A DNA stretch of 32,000 nucleotides from Synechococcus elongatus PCC 6301 (GTDB lineage Bacteria; Cyanobacteriota; Cyanobacteriia; Synechococcales; Synechococcaceae), in assembly GCF_000010065.1 (NCBI RefSeq), contig NC_006576.1, positions 240,001 through 272,000 of the forward strand. Reading direction: 5' to 3'. The stretch's first letter is position 1. Every line of letters starts with the position of its first letter. The notes under the pieces were generated by a model. The model saw nothing but the letters and a program-made list of their open reading frames with translations, ran no database searches and had not been told where the DNA came from. This document shows positions 25,212 through 32,000 of the stretch, one piece after another. The position numbers and the translations under genes are program-made.

Positions 25212-27971
25212 GTGTCTGAAGCCGAATGGGTCACAATTGAAGGGTCGCCCTCAATTCTGGATGTGCTCGTGAGTCAGACTGAAACAGCCTTTTCGCTGGA
25301 TGTGGCGACGCTGTTTCCGTTCGAGCTAGATGATTTCCAGAAAGAGGCGATCGCGGCACTGGATCAAGGGCGATCCGTCGTCGTTTGTGCTCCCACCGGT
25401 TCTGGCAAAACGCTGATCGGTGAATATGCAATCTACCGAGCGCTGGCTCGGGGCAAACGCGTTTTTTACACCACGCCGCTCAAAGCCCTCTCCAATCAAA
25501 AGCTGCGGGACTTTCGTGAACAATTCGGCAGCGATCGCGTTGGACTGCTGACGGGCGATACTTCGATCGCGCGGGATGCGCCGATTGTGGTCATGACGAC
25601 CGAGATCTTCCGCAACATGCTCTACGGCACGCGGATTGGTGAGGTCGGCACCTCGATGATTGATGTCGAGACAGTAGTGCTGGATGAATGCCACTACATG
25701 AACGACCAGCAGCGTGGCACCGTCTGGGAAGAGTCGATCATCTACTGTCCGCCGACCGTGCAATTAGTGGCGCTGTCCGCAACGGTCGCCAATGGCGGTC
25801 AACTGACCGATTGGATCGACCAAGTTCACGGTCCGACTGACTTAATCTATTCGGACTATCGGCCGATTCCCCTTGCCTTCAGCTTCTGCGGCAACAACGG
25901 CTTGTTCCCATTGCTGGATGAGACAGGCAAATCTATTCATCCATCCTTCAAGGTGCGGCGCAAGACCAAGGGCGCCAAGCACGATCGTAAAGGGCGGGAA
26001 ATTCCTGAGATTCCCTCCCTCGGCTTTGTAGTGGGTCAGCTGCAACAGCGGCAGATGCTGCCGGCGATCTACTTCATCTTCAGCCGGCGGGGTTGCGATA
26101 AAGCCGTGCGTGATCTCGGGCCAATCTCCCTAGTCAACGCCGACGAAGCCGCCCGACTCAAGCAGCGGGTCAACGCTTTTCTGGCCCAAAGTCCCGAAGC
26201 GGCGCGATCGGGCCACGTTGAGCCACTCTTGCGCGGCATTGCCTCCCACCATGCCGGGGTGTTGCCAGCCTGGAAAGGCTTGATTGAAGAGCTCTTTCAG
26301 GAAGGCCTAGTCAAGGTTGTTTTCGCCACCGAAACCCTAGCGGCAGGCATCAACATGCCAGCACGGACGACGGTGATTGCTAGCCTCTCAAAGCGAACCG
26401 ATAGCGGCCATCGGCTGCTGTTGCCCTCTGAGTTCCTGCAGATGTCGGGTCGGGCTGGTCGGCGCGGCTTGGATGATCAGGGCTACGTCGTCACGGTTCA
26501 GTCTCGTTTTGAGGGATCCCAGGAAGCCGCTCACCTCGCAACCGTGGGACCCGATCCGCTGGTCAGCCAGTTCACGCCCAGCTACGGCATGGTCTTGAAC
26601 CTGTTGCAAAAGCACAGCCTCGAAGAAGCGAAGGAGTTGGTCGAGCGCAGTTTTGGTCGCTACCTCGCTACTCTCTCGCTCAAGCCAGAGCAGGAGAAAA
26701 TTGCCGCGATCGCTGCTGAGCGCGATCGCCTCCAAGCAGAGCTGGCGGATGTTGATTTTGCGACTCTTGCTGAGTACGACAAACTCTACGGTCGCCTCAA
26801 GGAAGAAAAGCGGCTGCTCAAAATCCTGCACGAGCAAGCGGAAGAGGTCGTCCATCGCGATTTAGCTATGGCTCTCTCCTTTGCTGTGGCGGGCACCATC
26901 CTCAGCCTCAAGGGTCGCCATGTGCCGGTGCCCGAGCCGCTGCCTGCTGTGCTAATTGCTAAGATTCCTGGCTCAGGCCAGTTCCCTTGGTTGCTCTGCT
27001 TGGGTATGGACAACCGCTGGGTTGTTGCGACGACCTCGGATGTCGTCGGGTTGCATGCTGAACTTGCCCGCATCAGCGCTGTTGATTTCCTTCATCCACC
27101 GGCACAGCTGCACAAACCGGGTCAGCATCACAAGGGTGATGAAGCAACAGCTTGGATTGCTGAAAAGTTGTGGGAATTGAGCCAACGGCATCACCTCGCC
27201 CTCGCGGGCAGTGATCTGGCTGAAGAGGTGGTGCAGCAGGCGGAGCAAGTCGAAGCGGTCAATACGCTTTTGATCAACCATCCAGTGCATTGCTGGCAGA
27301 ACCGCAAGCGCCTGCATAAACGCCAGCAACAGTTGCAAGCGCTGGAGGATGAAATCGGCGATCGCCGGGCTCGCCTCGAAAAATTGGGGCAGCGCCACTG
27401 GCAGGAGTTCCTCAGCTTGATGAGTATCTTGGAAAACTTCTCCTGCTTAGAAGACCTGAAACCAACGGAAATGGGTCAGAACGTTGCGGCTCTCCGAGGC
27501 GACAACGAGCTCTGGTTGGGCCTTGTCCTCATGAGTGGAGAACTCGACGGTTTGACACCCGCTGAATTTGCCGCTGCTAGTGAAGCCTTGGTCACGGAAG
27601 TTTCACGGCCCGACCTTTGGACGCGTTTTGATGTGCCGCCTGCTGTGGAAGATGCCCTGATGGGGGTGCGCGGTCTACGGCGTCAGCTGCAGCAACAGCA
27701 AAGTCGCCGCAATGTCTTTACACCGATTTGGCTCGAACTCGATCTAACCGGTCTGGTCAAAGCCTGGGCAGAAGGCATGGAGTGGAATGAACTCTGTGCG
27801 GCTACCAGCCTTGATGAGGGCGATATTGTGCGCGTGCTGCGCCGCACGATCGATTTCCTCGCTCAAATTCCCCACATGCCCTACCTACAAGGGGGTGTGA
27901 AAAATACTGCCAGTACCGCTCTCGGCTTAATTAACCGCTTCCCCGTGAAGGATATGGAAGATGAAGCCTGA
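25212..27971 (+). CDS. Ski2/HelY-like DEAD/DEAH-box (DExH) helicase with DSHCT-like C-terminal domain
   Basis: It has a GTG start and a 919-aa product. Motifs present are CAPTGSGKT (I), LDECHYM (II, DECH), LSATV (III), HHAGVLP and QMSGRAGRRG (VI). The C-terminus ...WAEGMEWNELCAATSLDEGDIVRVLRRTIDFLAQI is typical of DSHCT. Confidence 0.85.
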   Translation: MSEAEWVTIEGSPSILDVLVSQTETAFSLDVATLFPFELDDFQKEAIAALDQGRSVVVCAPTGSGKTLIGEYAIYRALARGKRVFYTTPLKALSNQKLRDFREQFGSDRVGLLTGDTSIARDAPIVVMTTEIFRNMLYGTRIGEVGTSMIDVETVVLDECHYMNDQQRGTVWEESIIYCPPTVQLVALSATVANGGQLTDWIDQVHGPTDLIYSDYRPIPLAFSFCGNNGLFPLLDETGKSIHPSFKVRRKTKGAKHDRKGREIPEIPSLGFVVGQLQQRQMLPAIYFIFSRRGCDKAVRDLGPISLVNADEAARLKQRVNAFLAQSPEAARSGHVEPLLRGIASHHAGVLPAWKGLIEELFQEGLVKVVFATETLAAGINMPARTTVIASLSKRTDSGHRLLLPSEFLQMSGRAGRRGLDDQGYVVTVQSRFEGSQEAAHLATVGPDPLVSQFTPSYGMVLNLLQKHSLEEAKELVERSFGRYLATLSLKPEQEKIAAIAAERDRLQAELADVDFATLAEYDKLYGRLKEEKRLLKILHEQAEEVVHRDLAMALSFAVAGTILSLKGRHVPVPEPLPAVLIAKIPGSGQFPWLLCLGMDNRWVVATTSDVVGLHAELARISAVDFLHPPAQLHKPGQHHKGDEATAWIAEKLWELSQRHHLALAGSDLAEEVVQQAEQVEAVNTLLINHPVHCWQNRKRLHKRQQQLQALEDEIGDRRARLEKLGQRHWQEFLSLMSILENFSCLEDLKPTEMGQNVAALRGDNELWLGLVLMSGELDGLTPAEFAAASEALVTEVSRPDLWTRFDVPPAVEDALMGVRGLRRQLQQQQSRRNVFTPIWLELDLTGLVKAWAEGMEWNELCAATSLDEGDIVRVLRRTIDFLAQIPHMPYLQGGVKNTASTALGLINRFPVKDMEDEA

Positions 27972-28002
27972 ATAGTCGTGGGTTGAGCCAACTCACTCAC
28001 CG

Positions 28003-28851
28003 CTAGGAACAGGGCTGACAGCGAGGACAAAAGTGACTCGATCGCCCAGCCAGTTTGAGTTTTTGAATCGGAGTCCCGCAAGTGCGACAAGGTTGATCCT
28101 TGCGGCCATAGACCCACGCTTGACCGCCATAGTTACCGTTCACACCCGTTAGATCGCGGAAGTCACTAAAGGTCGTGCCGCCTGCTCCGATACTGGCCGT
28201 GAGGACCTCAACGATCGCTTCCCGCAGTTTTTCCGCCTGGATCTTGGTTAGGCGATCGCTTGGTGTGGTCGGATGAATACCGGTGCGAAACAAACTTTCA
28301 TCGGCATAAATGTTGCCAATACCCGCCACCAAGGACTGATCGAGGAGCGCCGTTTTGATGGGGCGTTGGCTCCGCCGCAGGCGATCGCGCAGATAGCGGG
28401 CGGTGAATTCCGGTGCAAACGGTTCTGGCCCCAGTTTGCTCAAGCCCGTAATCACGGATTCCACAGGGCGATCGGGCGGTACCCACCACATCTGGCCAAA
28501 GCTGCGGATATCAATAAATCGCAACTCGCGATCGCCCTCAAACCGCAGCCGCACCCGCGTATGTTTGGTCAGCGGCGTTGCCGGCTCTGTCCAGAAAAAC
28601 TGCCCTGTCATCCGCAGATGCACGCCCCAAGTTCCTGCAGGCTCTCCCTCACGACTGAGGTCAGCTAACAAATATTTGCCACGGCGTCGCCATTCCTGAA
28701 TTTGGGTCTGCTGCAGCGCCACGAGGAACAGTTCGGGCGTGGGTGTCGCGATCGTACGAGAGAGTAAGACTTCGCCACCTGTGCAAACGCGTTGCAGGGT
28801 TTGTTGAGTCAGTCCACGGCGGACAGTTTCGACTTCGGGCAGTTCAGGCAA
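28003..28851 (-). CDS. mutM: Formamidopyrimidine-DNA glycosylase
   Basis: It has the N-terminal catalytic sequence MPELPEVE and a C-terminal zinc finger CRTCGTPI...HFCPRCQ. The product is 282 aa. Confidence 0.93.
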   Translation of the reverse strand: MPELPEVETVRRGLTQQTLQRVCTGGEVLLSRTIATPTPELFLVALQQTQIQEWRRRGKYLLADLSREGEPAGTWGVHLRMTGQFFWTEPATPLTKHTRVRLRFEGDRELRFIDIRSFGQMWWVPPDRPVESVITGLSKLGPEPFAPEFTARYLRDRLRRSQRPIKTALLDQSLVAGIGNIYADESLFRTGIHPTTPSDRLTKIQAEKLREAIVEVLTASIGAGGTTFSDFRDLTGVNGNYGGQAWVYGRKDQPCRTCGTPIQKLKLAGRSSHFCPRCQPCS

Positions 28852-28900
28852 AGTGGAGAGCGATCGCGACCGAAGCAGTATACGGCGAGAAATTCAGCCA

Positions 28901-28930
28901 CAAAAAACGGCCACAGTGATGTAGCCGTTT
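28901..28930 (-). terminator. Probable rho-independent terminator of psaE
   Basis: On the minus strand the structure is aaacggc (28930-28924) / 12-nt loop / gccgttt (28911-28905). A run of six Ts begins within the last three stem bases. It lies about 30 nt downstream of the psaE stop. The stem is short at 7 bp. Confidence 0.55.
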
Positions 28931-28959
28931 CAGGAACCTCTTGTGAAGACAGAAGCAGT

Positions 28960-29187
28960 CTATTTTTTGGCGGCTGCTGCAACCACTTGTAATTCTGCTT
29001 CGGCAAAGTTGTTGGTGTTGACACCGCCATCCGAGCCGCTGAAGCCGTTGTAGTTCACTTTCTCGAAGCGGACGACCACGGGATACTTGATGCCGCTTTG
29101 GTCGACCGAAGCCACCGTGCCGACTTCGTTGAACCAGTAGGACTCTGGGCGGAGGATCCGAACCTTATCACCACGCGCGATGGCCAT
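28960..29187 (-). CDS. psaE: Photosystem I reaction centre subunit IV
   Basis: The 75-aa product [46 protein letters not shown]... carries the hallmark PsaE sequence. Confidence 0.96.
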   Translation of the reverse strand: MAIARGDKVRILRPESYWFNEVGTVASVDQSGIKYPVVVRFEKVNYNGFSGSDGGVNTNNFAEAELQVVAAAAKK

Positions 29188-29366
29188 AACTGATGCTTCC
29201 TCGATGAGCTTCTGCGATGTCTCAAAAGGCTGGAATCAGCTTGCAGACATCGTTTCTAGACTACTACCGGTGTTCCAATTGCCGAGGCTTCTCGCCTTTA
29301 AGTTTTGTTTCTCTGGACGCTACAGCCCAGTGCGATAATGACCGCCTACCTCCGTGACCTTGGCTT

Positions 29367-30386
29367 ATGACTGTCCTTGCTGCTCCGCCTGAAGCGTCCT
29401 TGGATCTCGAGCTTCCCGATCCCAGTGATGAGGCGCTCACCGAAGGCGACTTTCAGCAGCAGGTCGATCAGGCTTGGCTGGTCTGCGATCGCTTTGACTT
29501 GCAAACCGAGATTTGGCGCGGTCGCATCCTGCGCGTGGTGCGCGATCGCGAGAAACGGGGCGGAGAAGGGCGCGGCATGGGCTTTTTGAACTGGCTCAAG
29601 GATCGCGAGATCACCAAAAGTCGGGCCTATGCCCTGATTGAGTTGGCCAACAGTGCGGATGCCTTGGTGGATGAAGGCATTTTGGAAACAGATACCCTCT
29701 CGCGCTTCAGCAAACGGGCCTTTGTCGAAACCTCCCAATCCGCCCCAGAAGTACAGCAGCTGATTGGCGATGCGGCTCGCAACGGCCAGCGGATCACGCG
29801 GCAGCAAGTGCGGCAACTGACGGATGAATGGACGGCAGTCAGCTCCGATTTACTGCCGGAACCCGTGCGCCAAAAAGCGGCTGAGAATCGGCTACCGGCC
29901 AAAGCGATCGCGCCATTTGTACGAGAGCTAGAGAAACTACCGGAAGTCCACCAAGCGCCACTGCAAGAAGAAGTCGCACTGCAGCCCGATCTCAACACCC
30001 TGAAAGAGATGACGGCGGCGGCTCGCTATCTGTCGCGCTACCTCGAAGCAGCCCAGCAAGTGCGGACGCTCAACAATACGACACTGGATTTGGAGCAGGC
30101 CCTGAACGAAGCCCAACGGCTCGATATTCTCAACCTCGTGTCCGATCTATTAAGCCAATCGGCACAACTTGAACAGGCGATCGCTAAGCTTTACACCAGT
30201 TGGCGGCGTGTCAGCAGCCTCAGCGATCGCCTCTATTTGGAAAGTGGCGCCAGCACACCCAATCTGCGATCGCTGCTCCAGCAGTTGCAAACCCTCTCCG
30301 GCACCTTGATCTGCCTGCCCCTCGGCGACATTCAAAGTGGGCGGGTGATTCAACTGCAAGTGGTGGATGACGGCGAGCCCGCTTAG
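29367..30386 (+). CDS. Hypothetical protein (339 aa), Gln/Leu-rich and probably largely helical
   Basis: This long ATG ORF has normal HIP1 content for the window. The N-terminal segment ...FLNWLKDREITKSRAYALIELANSA looks like a helix-turn-helix. I recognise no family with confidence. Confidence 0.6.
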   Translation: MTVLAAPPEASLDLELPDPSDEALTEGDFQQQVDQAWLVCDRFDLQTEIWRGRILRVVRDREKRGGEGRGMGFLNWLKDREITKSRAYALIELANSADALVDEGILETDTLSRFSKRAFVETSQSAPEVQQLIGDAARNGQRITRQQVRQLTDEWTAVSSDLLPEPVRQKAAENRLPAKAIAPFVRELEKLPEVHQAPLQEEVALQPDLNTLKEMTAAARYLSRYLEAAQQVRTLNNTTLDLEQALNEAQRLDILNLVSDLLSQSAQLEQAIAKLYTSWRRVSSLSDRLYLESGASTPNLRSLLQQLQTLSGTLICLPLGDIQSGRVIQLQVVDDGEPA

Positions 30387-30503
30387 ACAGAGCGATCACA
30401 ATCGCAGCAGGCAGTCTCGCTAGACTGGATCCAAGGGGTATGGCTGCCCATCTTGCTCCTGACCAGCGGAGTCAGAAAGCCAGCCAGCGAAGGAGGATCG
30501 GTG

Positions 30504-31460
30504 ATGTCTGATTCCCTCAATCTGCCCGCTGAAAGTCTGGGTCAGTGCCTGCTGCAAGGCTTGCAAAAACAGGTCGATCACTATCTGCACTATCGTCGGG
30601 CCGTGCTGAGCGATCGCGATCCTGAGGATCTACACCAGTTGCGCGTCAGTCTGCGACGGCTGCGCAGCTTATTGGAGAACTACGACTTTGCTCTGAGTCT
30701 TCCAAAAGCCGTATCCCTGCGATCGCTCTCGACTTTAGGACGCCGCTGCGGTCGTGTCCGTGATCTGGATGTCCTACTGGAAGCCTTGCACGCCTTACCG
30801 AAGCCGGAGCGACCTCAAGAAGCACATCAGCTTCTCCAGCTCCAACGAAAATTGAAAAAACGCTGTGGGCAAGCTCGCCGTCAGCTTCAGCGTGAATTAA
30901 AGCGATCGCGCTACCAACACTGCATCTTGGCCCTGAGAAATTGGTTGGCTAAGCCCCGCTTTCAAGCAGCTGCCCACCTCGCGATCGCTGACCTATTGCC
31001 CGAGTTAGTTCTGCCCAGTTATGCCTGCCTCCATCTCCATCCGGCTTGGTGGATCGACAGGGTTGCCGTAGAGCGCTTGCGGCCCATCGATAATCGACAG
31101 CTGCACGACCTTCGCAAGACTGTGAAGCGTTTCCGCTATGGCGTAGAGGTTTTAGAATTTTCGCCAGAACTAGATTTTGAGCCCTTACTGCAGCGACTCA
31201 AACCCCTGCAAACAGCTTTAGGCAACTGGCAAGATCGCGCCACTTGGACGGCGTTACTAGCCCATCAGCAGGCGAACTGGCAGCAACGGATTCCGAGCCT
31301 GGCCGATCGCTGGCAGCAGGATAGCCAAGTTGCATGGCGGCAATGGTTGGAGCAGCAACAAACCCTGCGTGAACCCAGTACAGGCTTGCAGGTCACGGTC
31401 TACGACTGCTTGGGCTGGCGATCGCCTCAGTCGGGCCGGATCAGTGCCACCCCTTCGTGA
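30504..31460 (+). CDS. CHAD domain-containing protein
   Basis: Conserved-histidine helices are present: [15 protein letters not shown] and [18 protein letters not shown]. The track ORF begins at TTG 30453. The ATG at 30504 is preceded by the Shine-Dalgarno AGGAGG (30491-30496), 7 nt upstream. Confidence 0.8.
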   Translation: MSDSLNLPAESLGQCLLQGLQKQVDHYLHYRRAVLSDRDPEDLHQLRVSLRRLRSLLENYDFALSLPKAVSLRSLSTLGRRCGRVRDLDVLLEALHALPKPERPQEAHQLLQLQRKLKKRCGQARRQLQRELKRSRYQHCILALRNWLAKPRFQAAAHLAIADLLPELVLPSYACLHLHPAWWIDRVAVERLRPIDNRQLHDLRKTVKRFRYGVEVLEFSPELDFEPLLQRLKPLQTALGNWQDRATWTALLAHQQANWQQRIPSLADRWQQDSQVAWRQWLEQQQTLREPSTGLQVTVYDCLGWRSPQSGRISATPS

Positions 31461-31966
31461 CCATCAACGGACTGGAAGTAGACTTCCACCCGCTCACTGC
31501 GCCGCGTCGGCACAACCTTGCCGACGAAATCGGGCTGGATCGGTAGTTCCCGATTGCCGCGATCGATCAGAACTGCGAGGCGGACGATCGCAGGGCGGCC
31601 GTAGTCATTCAAGGCATCCATGGCGGCGCGAATCGTTCGACCGGTGAAGATCACGTCATCGACCAGAACCACGGTGCAACCCGATAAGTCCTGGGGGATG
31701 CGGCTGCGCTCCGGTTGGCGAGCCCCGATGCGATCGAGGTCATCGCGATAGAAGGTGATGTCCAAACTGCCCCAGGCGATTGGCTGACCTTCGAGCTGGG
31801 CGATCGCTTGCGCCAGTCCTTCTGCCAGATAAACGCCTCGGGTATGAATCCCGATTAAGACTAGGCGATCGACCTGTCGGGCACTCTCAACAATCTGCGA
31901 AGCGAGACGATTGAGGGTGCGGCGCTGCTCGTCGGCAGACAGCAATTCGATTTGAGAAGGGCTCAT
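31427..31966 (-). CDS. pyrR: Bifunctional pyrimidine operon regulator / uracil phosphoribosyltransferase
   Basis: It has the PRPP-binding motif [13 protein letters not shown] and ...[13 protein letters not shown].... The track ORF starts at TTG 31981. The ATG at 31966 (MSPSQIELL...) gives 179 aa. Confidence 0.9.
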   Translation of the reverse strand: MSPSQIELLSADEQRRTLNRLASQIVESARQVDRLVLIGIHTRGVYLAEGLAQAIAQLEGQPIAWGSLDITFYRDDLDRIGARQPERSRIPQDLSGCTVVLVDDVIFTGRTIRAAMDALNDYGRPAIVRLAVLIDRGNRELPIQPDFVGKVVPTRRSERVEVYFQSVDGHEGVALIRPD

Positions 31967-32000
31967 GGCGATCGCCTGCAAGACAAGCTCATTATTAGGG

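Overview
This is a cyanobacterial chromosomal segment. The octamer GCGATCGC (HIP1) is hyper-abundant, and the gene content and order look like Synechococcus elongatus (PCC 7942/6301-like). That assignment is inferred, not searched. Most of the window is densely packed housekeeping DNA. It holds a partial ldhA-like dehydrogenase, the ndhA-I-G-E operon, gmd, a PerM/AI-2E permease, def and a DUF3747 secreted protein. It also holds a tightly coupled hli-queE-queC-pabB-pabC string and a psb32-methyltransferase pair. Further along are mfd, dnaB, a Ski2/HelY-like helicase, mutM, psaE, a CHAD protein and pyrR. The one atypical region is about 8.0-13.8 kb. It is a HIP1-free, visibly lower-GC two-gene module behind a 289-nt AT-rich leader. 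The module is a TIGR03032/DUF4915-like gene followed by a 1,436-aa integrin-alpha-like protein. That protein has two sets of seven FG-GAP blades, two duplicated ~140-150-aa modules and an RTX/T1SS-type C-terminus, with near-perfect 213-nt DNA periodicity. Three things are missed by the ORF track. One is a 58-aa HLIP gene fused to the front of queE. The other two are apparent single-nucleotide frameshifts, one in the TIGR03032-like gene and one in the methyltransferase. I found no tRNA, rRNA, CRISPR array, transposase or integrase, and no recognisable defence system. All family assignments come from motif recognition by eye, not from database searches.
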